Shown: piece after piece, positions 46,861 through 56,890 of the stretch | How the letters are laid out: every line of letters begins with the position of its first letter | Numbering within the stretch: position 1 is the first letter of the stretch | DNA from: Rebecca billardiae RCC1528 | Taxonomy: Eukaryota > Protista > Haptophyta | Direction of reading: 5' to 3' | DNA: 64,000 bases | Assembly: GCA_965240325.2 (NCBI GenBank) | Contig: OZ251225.1 | Span: forward strand, 2,108,001 to 2,172,000 | The notes under the pieces: model-generated | What the model was told of the DNA's origin: nothing | Database searches by the model: none | The model's input: the letters and a program-made list of their open reading frames with translations, nothing else | Made by a program: the position numbers and the translations under genes

Positions 46861-49800
46861 ATGGCGGCGTTTCCTCGTCCCGTCCGTGCTGTCATTCTGT
46901 CGTTCGCCGGTGCCGTCGTCGTCGCAAACCTCGCACGACGAGCATGGCGCGTCGTGCGTGCTCTTTGCAGCGATGCGTCTCCACCCATGCCTTTCCTCGA
47001 GGCTGCGGTGCGCGAGCGTTTCCGCATCACGCCTGCCGATCGGCGTGCCGCGCTTCGACTGGGTGCAGTTGTCGATTCACAAGGGCGTGTCGACTGGGCG
47101 GAGGGGCCGCTCAGCGCGAAGGCGTTGCTCGCGGGGGCTGGCTGCTTGCACGCGGATATCGACGACCCCATCCCCGCCCGGGCAGCCGCTGCTCTCGCCC
47201 TCGTCGTCGGCCAGCTTCGCAGAGTGGCGGCACGGGCGCCTGATGAGCTGGGACGCGTCCATGCGCACGCGCTCCCTCCTCGACCTCGGCGCGCGCTCGA
47301 GCTGCTGCAAGCGTGCCTGCGTGGTCGCCATGCGCCTCGCGAGCGCACGTGGGCCCACGCGACCGGCGCTCTGAGCGCCACCCAGCTCCTGCTCGCCGAG
47401 CTCGAGGCGGCAGTCGGCCGTGTGCACGAGGCGTGTGCCAACGCTCCGCAGGACTCGTGGCCGGACGCGCAGGACTCGTGGCCGGACGCGCAGGACTCGT
47501 GGCCGGACGCGCAGGACTCGTGGCCGGACGCGCGCGGCGCCGAGGCGAAGGCGGGCGGTGTCGGCGGTGCGGACACCGCGCGCGCGGGCGGGGACGAGCC
47601 GGCGCCGCAGCATGCAAAGCTCAAGGACATGCTCCGCGCGCCGGCCGTGCGGCGTGCCCTGGGCGAGGGCGCGAGCCTCTGTCTGCACGCTCTGATTGGT
47701 CCGTTGCGCGGCCTCAGCCTCCGAAACCTGTGCTGGCACGGGTACCTGTGCCCCGCAGACCTGGACGCGTGCGCGGAGTGGCCGTGCCTGCTCCTCCTCA
47801 TCGTCGCGTGCGGGCTGCCGCCCGCGCCAGCCGCCGCGCCCGCGCACGCTCACCCGCCGCGCGCGCGGCACGCGCAGCCGCCGCCCTCGGCGCTGCTTCC
47901 GAGTGTGTCTGACGTTCAGGCTGTGCTGGCCTTGGACCCGCCGTTCGTCGACCCGCTGATGCGCCCGGCGCTCCTCGACGCCGTGCGCTGCGCGCGCGCG
48001 GCCGAGCACTGGCGCGCGCTCGGGCTGCTGTACGTGGTGATAGAGAGCAGCCTTCGCGGCGTGTACGCGCGCGCCAACCTCAGCCGTCGCGGAGGACGCG
48101 GAGGCGCGCGCTCCGCTGCCGTGCGTGCGCGCGTTGACCGTCGTCACCACACGCTCGAGGCGATGCTCAACTGGTCGGCCGAGGTGTCGAGCGCGCGCGC
48201 GCAGCTCGAGCACGGCGGCCCGGCCACGCCGCGCAGCAACGCGCTGCTCGGCCTGCTGGGCGAGGGGACCATGGGCGCGCTGTTCGATGAGTTCATTTGG
48301 GCAGCCGCGCACCGCGCGCCGCCGCAGCCGCACCCGCAGCAGTGCGAGAGGCCGGGCGGCGCGCAGCCGGCTGCGCCCTTGGCCGTCGCTGCGGAGCGCG
48401 ACGCTGCCGAGGATGGCGGCGCGCGCCGCGGCGACCCCGGCACGGCCGCGAGTCCCACGCCGCGCGCAGCCTTGGGCCCCGCCGCAGCCGCGGAGCCCGC
48501 CGAGCCGCCGCTGCTGCGGAACCACCTCGTGCACGGCGGCATCGAACTGGCCGACGTGCCGGCGCACTCTGTCGCGCGCCACGCGCGCCTGGCGCTCGGC
48601 CTCGCCGTGCGCTCGCTGCCGCCGGCCTCACGCGGCGAGCGCGCGCTGCCCGCCTGCGCGCTCGAGTGCGCGCGCGCCCTCGATGCGCACGTGCCCACCC
48701 GCCACCCTGTCGTCCTCCTGTGGCAGCAGCTGTGTGCTCTGCTGCGCGGCGGCGGCGCGGCGGCCGGAGCCGCTGAAGCCGAAGGGTGTGGCGACGGGAG
48801 GACCGCTGCGTCCAGTGCCGCGAGAGACGCGCCGACGGCCGCGCCGAGCGCCGCGCCGGCCCTCGACGCGCCCGCGGCGCGGCTCTCCAGCCGCGCGCGC
48901 GCCGTCCGCTACTGCGCGCTGTGCACGCTGCCACCGGAGTTGTGCGCTTTCGGACCGACCGCCGCGCGATGCGTGCGGCGGAGGCTGGGGCTCGACAGCG
49001 GCCGCGGCCTCCCAGCACTCCGCTCGGCCATGGGCGCGGCGCGCGCGCGACTGGCGGCTGAGCGCCCCGACGCGTCCGCCCCCGACGCGGCCGACGTCGC
49101 CGGCGCTGCACAGGCTGGGCCGCCCGCGCGCCCACGCGCCGAGCGTGCGCTGCTCGCCGAGCTGGCTGCCCTGCTCGAGCGGAGCTGGAGGGTGGCCAAG
49201 GACCATCAAATACCTGATGATGGTCATTTGACGGTGGCGCGGCTGCGCACGCACCTCGGCGCCGAGCCGCTCGCGCCGGGCAGACCCCCGCGCCGCTGGT
49301 CCGAGGAGGCGGAGCTCGGCGCCATCGCCGTCGCATCGGACGCGCTCGACGCGTGCGCGCGCGTGGGCGAGGCCGCGTGCGTGCGCGTCGCCGCCTGCCT
49401 GGTCGAAGCGGAGGCCGGAAACACCCGCGGCGGCCGCGGCCGCAGCCGGCGCTCGCCGGCGCTCGCAATCGACGGGGCGGAGTGCGCGCTGCTCAGCTCG
49501 GAGCTGTGCGCCCTGCTGCTGCTCAGGCACTGGGCGGTGGCCGACGCCTCACTGGTGCTGCCCACCGCGCTGTCGCAGTGGGCGGGTGCGATGTCGTCCG
49601 CGGCCGCGAGTGGGCATTGGCCTGAGGTGGTCGCGCTCGCTGCTGCGCTCACAGCTGAGCTCTCCGCTCCAGAGGGCGCGCAGGCTGGCTGGAGGCGCGA
49701 GCTCCTCTCCGCGCTGAGCGCGCGCGACGCAACCAAGTACAGGCTCGATGCCAAGCACGTGCTCGGCTGCGCTGAGCGCGGCGAGATGGCCGACCTGCTC

Positions 49801-49986
49801 GCCATCTCGGAGAGCCCGCTCGTCGTCAACATTGCGTCGGACGAGGCTCGTCGGCGTTCAGCGACGCTGCGGCCGGCCACCGAGCCGGCTGCTGCTGACA
49901 ATGCTGCGGCGCACGGCGCGAGCGGCAAGTGGCGCCTTCAGCGCGAGAAGCTGCGCGACCGGCGCAGGCGAGTCGCATTATTATAA
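46861..49986 (+). CDS. ERMARD/DUF4209-like protein with an embedded DENR-N-like Cys4 motif
   Basis: LKDML...LGEG...LIGPLRGLSLRNLCWHGY and a second LGEG...LLRNHLVHG motif; YCALCTLPPELCAFG...C at ~48910-48972. Confidence 0.65.
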   Translation: MAAFPRPVRAVILSFAGAVVVANLARRAWRVVRALCSDASPPMPFLEAAVRERFRITPADRRAALRLGAVVDSQGRVDWAEGPLSAKALLAGAGCLHADIDDPIPARAAAALALVVGQLRRVAARAPDELGRVHAHALPPRPRRALELLQACLRGRHAPRERTWAHATGALSATQLLLAELEAAVGRVHEACANAPQDSWPDAQDSWPDAQDSWPDAQDSWPDARGAEAKAGGVGGADTARAGGDEPAPQHAKLKDMLRAPAVRRALGEGASLCLHALIGPLRGLSLRNLCWHGYLCPADLDACAEWPCLLLLIVACGLPPAPAAAPAHAHPPRARHAQPPPSALLPSVSDVQAVLALDPPFVDPLMRPALLDAVRCARAAEHWRALGLLYVVIESSLRGVYARANLSRRGGRGGARSAAVRARVDRRHHTLEAMLNWSAEVSSARAQLEHGGPATPRSNALLGLLGEGTMGALFDEFIWAAAHRAPPQPHPQQCERPGGAQPAAPLAVAAERDAAEDGGARRGDPGTAASPTPRAALGPAAAAEPAEPPLLRNHLVHGGIELADVPAHSVARHARLALGLAVRSLPPASRGERALPACALECARALDAHVPTRHPVVLLWQQLCALLRGGGAAAGAAEAEGCGDGRTAASSAARDAPTAAPSAAPALDAPAARLSSRARAVRYCALCTLPPELCAFGPTAARCVRRRLGLDSGRGLPALRSAMGAARARLAAERPDASAPDAADVAGAAQAGPPARPRAERALLAELAALLERSWRVAKDHQIPDDGHLTVARLRTHLGAEPLAPGRPPRRWSEEAELGAIAVASDALDACARVGEAACVRVAACLVEAEAGNTRGGRGRSRRSPALAIDGAECALLSSELCALLLLRHWAVADASLVLPTALSQWAGAMSSAAASGHWPEVVALAAALTAELSAPEGAQAGWRRELLSALSARDATKYRLDAKHVLGCAERGEMADLLAISESPLVVNIASDEARRRSATLRPATEPAAADNAAAHGASGKWRLQREKLRDRRRRVALL
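47448..47531 (+). repeat. 21-bp coding minisatellite x4 (QDSWPDA)
   Basis: GCAGGACTCGTGGCCGGACGC repeated four times. Confidence 0.95.
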
Positions 49987-50150
49987 TTTCCTACTACTAT
50001 ATGTATATCAGCATAGATATATCAATATAATATATATATGATGATGCGGCGGGCCCGGAATAAATAAGCCCAGGGAGCCTGTGAGCCGCTCGGCTTCCCG
50101 GTCAGCCGGTCAGCGGCCGCTAGCGGCAGGTGTGCCGGCTGCTGATGAAG

Positions 50151-52085
50151 TCATTGCCCAGCAGCAGGCTGATGGGCTGCCACACGACTGCCGTTCGAGT
50201 GGCAGCGCCCGTCGGAGTCGTCCTTGCCGCAGAAAAAGTGCGCACCGTGACCGTCGGTGGCCAGCACGAACTGCGCGAGCTCGGCTGCGCGCGCATACGT
50301 CGCGTGCCCCTGTAGACCGAGGTCGATCTCGACATCCTCGATTCGCTCGGAGGCGCGCGCGCGGAGAGTGCTGTGGGCATCGGCGTCGCCTGCCGCGCCA
50401 GCCAGACGCACACGGCGAGCTCCGACGACCCCTGCGAGGGCCGCGTCTGCGGCCACGCCGGGGTGCCGGGCAGCACTGGCCACGCGAGGGGCCTTGCTCT
50501 GATGAGGGCCGATGGCGCCAAGCTGCGCCAGCAGATCGTCGGTGCGGCAGTAGACGTTGACGAAGCGGTCGGCCACAACGCTCACGGCTGCGTCCCACCG
50601 CGGGTCCGCCACCGCGATGGGCGCACCGAGCAGGCACACGCTGCTCACCACGCCGTGCGCGCCACACACCGCCAGCTCAGCCAGACAGCTGAACACGAGC
50701 GCGGCGCCGAGTGACGCGCCCACGAGCGCGACCGGCCTCTGGCCTGCAGCCCGGCGCGCAAGGAGCTTGGAGGCGAGGGTCGCGCCACACCACTCCGCGC
50801 GTGCGCCGCCCTCGTGCCACACGAGCGCCGCGCCGCCGAGCGATCCACTGCCATTGGCCGATGCGCCCAGTGCGCGCGCTGTGCCCAGCCTCTCCCAGGC
50901 CGCCACCAGCAGGCTGCTGCCGCCCGCGGCCGCGCCGCCCGTGGCCTGGGAACCGCCACGGGTGGCCGAGGGCGCCGCCGCCGCTCCGTGCGTCCAGCCG
51001 GGCTCCCGCTCACGCGCGAGCGCGGACAGCAGCTCGGCCAGTCTCGCAAGCCCGGGGGCATGCTGCCAGTGCAGCACGCGGTGCTCGCCAAACCGAACTC
51101 GCCGGATGAGCGTGAGCCACACACGGCGTGCCGAGTCCGCGCCCACGCCCGGCGCAGAGGGCGTGGGCGCGGCCGATGCCGTGGCGCCAGCGCTCGGGGC
51201 GCCGATGACACGCGTCTCGCTGCACGCCAGCTCGTCGAGCCCGCAGTACACGTGCAGCCGCAGGCCTGCTCGACCCTCGGCGGCGCCGTACCGGCACCCC
51301 CCGTGCAGCTCCGCGGGCAGCAGCAGCGCATCAGGCTGCAGCGCGCAATGGGCGGTCGCGCTCGACGCGGCCGCGCCGAGTAGGAACACCGCCTTGCCGC
51401 CTGCGACGCCAGCGAGGGCGATGCCCGCGACGGGCGTGCCGACCGCGAGCGCGGCACCGCCACCCAGGGCGCTGAGCGCGAGCGCCCATCGCCTGTTCAG
51501 CGAGCCGCCGCCGACAGGCGCGTCAGAGAGAGTCACGGTCCTGCCGCTGCGTGCGGCTGCGGGGATAATGCCGAGCTCGGCCGCGAGGCAGTCCTCGGCG
51601 CAGCGCACGCGCTGCAGAGGCACGCAGAGCGCGCGGGCGAGGTCATCGACGAAGCGCGCAGACGTCGCGTCGTGCAGCCCGGCTCGCATGAGCGCGCACA
51701 GCGTCGCCCACACGACTGCCCAGCGCGCGTCAACCTCGGGAAGCATCGCGCGCGCCGCGTCGCACGCGCGCGCGAGGCTGGGCACGATCGGCACGTCGGA
51801 GACGAGCAGCCCGAGCAGGTGCGAGGACGACTCGGCTGGAAGGCGCAACTGCGCGCAGAGCAGCTGCAGGAGCTTCGCGCACGCGGAGAGCGTGGCCGGC
51901 CGGCTGAGGCTGGAGAGCAGCGCGGCGTGCAGCACCGCGAGCGCGTGCCGCTCCGATGGCGGCAGGTGCAGCTCGAGCTCCGGCGGCACGGAGCGCTCTG
52001 GGCACACAACGAGCTGCAAGCATACGACGTGGCCGTCATGGCTCGCGTCGGGGATCGTGGAGAGCACGACGCGCACCCTCAGCAT
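50151..52085 (-). CDS. DUF726/TMCO4-like alpha/beta-hydrolase-fold membrane protein
   Basis: Gly/Ala-rich TM region, RPVALVGASLGA, SVCLLGAP, VVADRFVNVYCRTDDLL, GHATY. Confidence 0.8.
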   Translation of the reverse strand: MLRVRVVLSTIPDASHDGHVVCLQLVVCPERSVPPELELHLPPSERHALAVLHAALLSSLSRPATLSACAKLLQLLCAQLRLPAESSSHLLGLLVSDVPIVPSLARACDAARAMLPEVDARWAVVWATLCALMRAGLHDATSARFVDDLARALCVPLQRVRCAEDCLAAELGIIPAAARSGRTVTLSDAPVGGGSLNRRWALALSALGGGAALAVGTPVAGIALAGVAGGKAVFLLGAAASSATAHCALQPDALLLPAELHGGCRYGAAEGRAGLRLHVYCGLDELACSETRVIGAPSAGATASAAPTPSAPGVGADSARRVWLTLIRRVRFGEHRVLHWQHAPGLARLAELLSALAREREPGWTHGAAAAPSATRGGSQATGGAAAGGSSLLVAAWERLGTARALGASANGSGSLGGAALVWHEGGARAEWCGATLASKLLARRAAGQRPVALVGASLGAALVFSCLAELAVCGAHGVVSSVCLLGAPIAVADPRWDAAVSVVADRFVNVYCRTDDLLAQLGAIGPHQSKAPRVASAARHPGVAADAALAGVVGARRVRLAGAAGDADAHSTLRARASERIEDVEIDLGLQGHATYARAAELAQFVLATDGHGAHFFCGKDDSDGRCHSNGSRVAAHQPAAGQ

Positions 52086-52225
52086 TCAGCGCGGTGGGGT
52101 GCAGATGCCTGCCATCTTCCGGCTGGTGGCCGGCCGCAATCCGGCAGATCGAAAGAGCACGTTTGGACCTGGGCGCAGGTGGGCACATCGATTCCACGCG
52201 AAGTGTCGCGAGGGACGTCCTCACG

Positions 52226-52924
52226 ATGTTGTCTGCGGCTGCAGTCACGGCGCTGCTGGGCGCAGTGGGCGTGCGCTCGGCGGGACGCGCGGGGGCGTCG
52301 GCTATGATGAGCTTTGCCACTGCGCCGGCGGGACGCGCGGGGGCGTCGGCTATGATGAGCTTTGCCACTGCGCCGGCGGGACGCGCGGGGGCGTCGGCTA
52401 TGATGAGCCTTGCCACTGCGCCGCAGTCTCGCGCCGCGACCATCGCCGACGAGGTCTTCCGCCGCGACACGCGTCCGGTCATTCTCTTTGACGGCGAGTG
52501 CAACCTTTGCAACGGCGGCGTCAACTTCATGCTCGACTGGGACAAGCCGAACGACGTGAGCGGCGAGTTCCGCTTTGCGGCGCTGCAGTCGGAGGTCGGC
52601 CGCGCCCTCCTTCAGCGGGCAGGCCGCGCGCCCGACGATCTCTCTTCCATTGTGCTAGTGAGCGCGGATGGCTCAGCACACATCAAGTCGGAAGCCATCC
52701 TGCGGATAGGCAGCCGCATCGGCGGCGGTACGCCGCTCGCCCCGTTTTTCGCGGCGGCATCAGGACTTGGGCTCATGGCGGTGCCCACGCCTCTGCGCAA
52801 CGCGCTGTACGACGTTGTTGCCACCTCCCGCTATGACTGGTTCGGTTCCAGTGACACGTGCCGCACCTCGGACGAGCGATATTCGGAGCGCTTTGTCAGT
52901 GATGTTTCCGTCGCTGCCAACTAG
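52226..52924 (+). CDS. DCC1-like (DUF393) thiol-disulfide oxidoreductase with an N-terminal targeting peptide
   Basis: VILFDGECNLCNGGVNF, FRFAALQS, KSEAILRI, LRNALYDVVATSRYDWFG. ATG at 52226, divergent from the DUF726 gene with a ~140-bp spacer. Confidence 0.9.
   Translation: MLSAAAVTALLGAVGVRSAGRAGASAMMSFATAPAGRAGASAMMSFATAPAGRAGASAMMSLATAPQSRAATIADEVFRRDTRPVILFDGECNLCNGGVNFMLDWDKPNDVSGEFRFAALQSEVGRALLQRAGRAPDDLSSIVLVSADGSAHIKSEAILRIGSRIGGGTPLAPFFAAASGLGLMAVPTPLRNALYDVVATSRYDWFGSSDTCRTSDERYSERFVSDVSVAAN
52278..52421 (+). repeat. 48-bp tandem repeat x3 in the targeting peptide (AGRAGASAMMSFATAP)
   Basis: Copies start at 52278, 52326 and 52374. Confidence 0.95.
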
Positions 52925-53001
52925 ACTTCTGACATACAGTCGATTCGTCTGATCAGATGATGAGATCTGTCAATTAAAATTTGACGACTCCCCTCTTTAG
53001 G

Positions 53002-53165
53002 CTACAGTTTATTTGTTTTAACGTGCGTAAGGCTCACGGTGGCAGGTTGCCGCGCCATCCTTCATCGCACGCTCTCCGAAGAGAGACCTGGAAACTGGTT
53101 TTGAACCCATGACCTCAGAGTCAGACGCAAGAGCACGCCAGTACTCCCACTCGGCCACAGTACGA
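53002..53165 (-). mobile_element. tRNA-derived SINE-like element
   Basis: Minus-strand Pol III A-box TGGCCGAGTGG (53157-53147) and B-box GGTTCAAAACC (53107-53097). 3' end GCACGTTAAAACAAATAAACTGTAG is shared with 60381 and 11645. Confidence 0.6.
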
Positions 53166-54187
53166 ATTATGGATCATCATCAATGTCTTTAAGAGTCTGA
53201 GAATCATTCTCACTCACATCGCGCCTTCAAGATTGGCTGTGAGTGAGTGTGAGTGTGATAGGACCAGTAACTATAATACGACGAATAACAATTCTCAGAG
53301 ATATTCCTTATATACGACCGGTGCACGACCAGTGCACACACTAACATAAGCATAGCTTCATAGTAGTGCTCACGCTCAGGTTGCGACCTATATATTTCGG
53401 GCTATATCGTATTGCGTCTGATACGCGTATACCCATGCGAAAGTACTTTCCCTCGCAGACGTTCATCCATCCAATATCTCATATCTGTGTCAGGCTAGTC
53501 GGGTGTGTCGAGAACAATACCGTATGAAGCTAGACAGATACAAGCTGACAGTGCCAGAGACTGTCATGCAGCGAGCCATTAATGAATCACCTTTATACGG
53601 CCCGGCCCGGCCCACGCGAACACAAGGGGCGTTGCGCCAGCTGGACACCAGAACAGAGTCGGGGCCCTTTTATTCATCAGCCGCATTGATTTTATTCGAG
53701 CGCGCGAGCACTTGAAAAATCGCCGCGGCCAACCGCCGTCGCCGCAGAGGCGCCAATCTGCTTCCGACCTTGTGGACGACTGCGCGCCAGGTCGCGACGC
53801 ACGACGCGCGGGAGAGGGAAGCAGCGCTCGGCATGGTCGTGACACTCTCCCAGACGCTCAACGGTACGGGCACCAAGAACAAGAAGACCGACCTCAAGCC
53901 CAAGTCGCCAAGCCGTGCTCAGCGCGCCGCCAGTACTGACGGCAAGCCGAACAATCGCGGCACCGGCTTCCTCAAGCTCACGCTGCCAGGCCTCTGCGAG
54001 CTGGAGCTGCGGGGCCCGCTGGTCGTTGTTTCCTTGCACGCTGTCCTCCGCACCTTCCGTGCGCTCCCTTGCCCCTCTCAGTTCCTCCTCATCCTCCTTC
54101 TGGGCGTCCATATCCGAGCCTTCAACGGCACGCTTGTCGTCGAGTTGCTGCAAACGTATCTTTCATACCGCTGATCCCGGCGCGATG

Positions 54188-54274
54188 TCGGACGAGCGAT
54201 ATTCGGAGCGCTTTGTCAACGATGTATCCGTCGCTGCCAACTAGGCTTCTGACACAGTCTTAGATGATGAGATC
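54188..54274 (+). repeat. Duplicate of the DCC1 3' end, stop and start of 3' UTR (original at 52868-52967)
   Basis: TCGGACGAGCGATATTCGGAGCGCTTTGTCA...GCTGCCAACTAG..CTTCTGACA occurs twice, 1320 bp apart. Confidence 0.9.
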
Positions 54275-54914
54275 GATTTGAAACATTCATAATAATCGTT
54301 TCGACTACTCTGGGCTATGTGATGCAGGGCCGTATTCAGGCCAGCGGCGGATGACCGGATGCAGCCGCGTCAGCCGGTCAGGTGCGTACTACGTTACGAG
54401 TAAGTTAACTCGCATATACACTCATACAGTACGGGCCGATCGTTAGGAACACACAACTGATTTGAAGAACCCTTGTGCGATTGTTAAAGGCAACGCAGAC
54501 ACGGTCCGGGCGGGTCCGGCCCAGCCCGGCTGAGGCCGTCCGTCCGCCGTCGGTCCGGGACCGGGGGCGCGGGCCAGGGGGGCGTGGCACGCCGCGATCG
54601 GGCCGCGGCCTCCGATAGACCGGGCGGTGACCGAGACACGCATCAGGATAGTCGTCATGATGTCACTCGTCATGCGTGCTGCTGCTCGGTAGTCGGTACC
54701 GGGTACGGCGTTGCATATATGACGACTCGCCATGATGAGCACTAGTACTCACGGATTCCTGTGACGGATCGCGTGTCGTATCACGTCACACGTATATACA
54801 TGTATGTATATATATATGCATGATATGATGATGACAGCCGCAGACGATCGCGCATGCAGCCAAAGCTAGTAGCTTACAATACGTTTGGCTACGGAGTACG
54901 GTACTGGACACTAT

Positions 54915-55842
54915 TTACAGCGCATCGCGCAACTTCTTTGCAGGCGGCTCAAGCTTCACGTCGGCGACGGCGCTAGAACCAGCAGCCGCGCCTTCGCCCC
55001 CCAGCTGCGCGCCGCCGCCGTCGGAGGCGGCACTCCTTCGCGCACGCCGCTTGCCACCACTGCTCACATCGCCGGCAGCAGCTGCAGAGCGCATCGAGCG
55101 CAGCCGCCAGCACGCGTCCACCGCCACCGCCAGCTCTGAGAGGCGGGCAAGCACGCACGCGTGCGCGGCACCGCCGTGCGCGCCCGCCTCGCCTGCCGCG
55201 ACCTGCTCGAACCAATGGCGCACGAGTGGAGGCAGCACGCGCGGGTCAGCGGCAGCGGATCCGCCGCCATCCACCCGCGGCGGGCCGTCGAGCCACGGCT
55301 CGGCGCCCTCGGCGCCCTCGAGGAGCGCGCTGAGCAGCCGCTTGGGCGACAGAGACGCGTGCTCGGCCGCGACGACAGCCGGAGCGGCCGCCTGCAGCGC
55401 AGCGACGCGGCGGTGCACCTCCGTGCGCGCGCCGTCGAGGACGGCGGAGAGGTCCGCGCCGGCGCGCACGGCGTCGAGCCAGTGCGCGTCGCACGCGTAC
55501 GCGCACGCGTACGCGTGCTGCTCGAGGGCGCAGCGCAGGCGCAGCAGCAGCTCGGCGACCTGCGCGTGGCCGCCAGGCGCGGCTGCCTCGGCAGCGCTCA
55601 GCGCGAGGTGCTCGCGCCACGCGCGCTGGCTCAGAAGCCAGGCAAAGTCGACGTCGGTCACGTTGGCGTCGGGGGCGGGGAAGGCCTCGACGTCGAGCGC
55701 GTGCAGCCCCGCGTACGCGCTGCGCGCCAGCGCCGCCGCCACCTCCACCGAGGTGACCCGCCACAGCCCATCCAGGCCAAGCAGCAGCCGTGCGAGCGCG
55801 CCGTGCGCCGGCGCGAGCTCGACCGGCAGCGGCGGCGCGGGC

Positions 55843-55875
<33 letters not shown>

Positions 55876-56774
55876 TCGTGCTCGCGCAGCGCGTGTCGCA
55901 CGGCGACGAGCTGCATGCTCTCCGCGCGCTGCATCGGCATGCCAGGCAGCTGCCCCGTCCACTGCTCCGCGCTGCGCTCCGCGGGCTGAAAGCCGCACAG
56001 GGAGAACTCGAGGCAGAGCAGGTGCGCGCTGCGCTCGAGGAGCGTCGGCGGCGCGAAGTCGGGCGCGCACGCGCTGAGCTCGGCGTAGCGCGCGTACACC
56101 TCGTGCTGCACCGCTGCGCGCGCGCGCGCAGGCTCGCTCCCCAAGAAGTCCACCAGCTCGTCCACCTGATGCGCGCACAGGTACCGGCAGTGCTTGAGCG
56201 CGCGCCCGAGAGAGAAGAAGAGCTGACGCGCATCCGCAGGCTGTGCACTCGGCCAGCAGGCGACGGTGCCGTTGTTTGGCGCGGGCGCGGCCTCTGCCGG
56301 CGCCGCCTGGAGCTGCTTCCGGAGCGCCCGCGTGGCCGCGACCCAGGCCGGCTCCGCTAGCAGCCACGGCAGGTCGCGCGCACCGCACGTGCTCGGGATG
56401 GTCGGCACAGTCACGCTGGCAGGCATCGCTGCCTCGAGCTCGCGCCAGATGCGCAGCGCGCGCTGCGCCGCGAGGTTGGGGTTGACGAGCGAGTGCACAG
56501 CCCTGTCAATCGCCTCGTTCGACTCCTCGCGCGGCGCCGGGAGTGCGAGCGCACGCCGCAGCACGGCCGCGTCGAGTTGCGGCGCGATGACCTGCGCCTG
56601 AATGCTGGCGTCGACGAGCTCCAGCAGCTTCGGCTCGTCCGTCGACGGGAGACCCTGCGCGCCACCGACCGTACGTGACCACCATTCGCGGTCGATGGGT
56701 GGCTGCGACAGCGGCAGCCCGTAGTGCTTCGCGAGCGCTCGGCCGGGCGGCGGGAGCGTGGGCGCGGAGGCCAT
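54915..56774 (-). CDS. Hypothetical helical protein (~620 aa)
   Basis: Long ORF with genome-typical codon usage; ATG at 56774 (MASAPT); C-terminal basic motifs GKRRAR and PPAKK. No family recognised. Confidence 0.6.
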
Positions 56775-56890
56775 CCTGTGTCCAGCGACCGAAGACGGGT
56801 CGTCGCGACGAACGCCTGCACTGGAACTCGCGCCCGGCACGTGTCTGCGTTGTCAGTCGGTCGATCGAGTCGACTGTGTCTGGTCACCGT

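Noticed and set aside
53085-53165. Functional tRNA gene
   Set aside because: A/B boxes are present but no convincing cloverleaf or acceptor stem; better explained as a SINE head.
53692-54174. Opposing 153-aa and 134-aa ORFs
   Set aside because: Cannot decide the strand or any homology; possibly a fragment within the duplicated interval.
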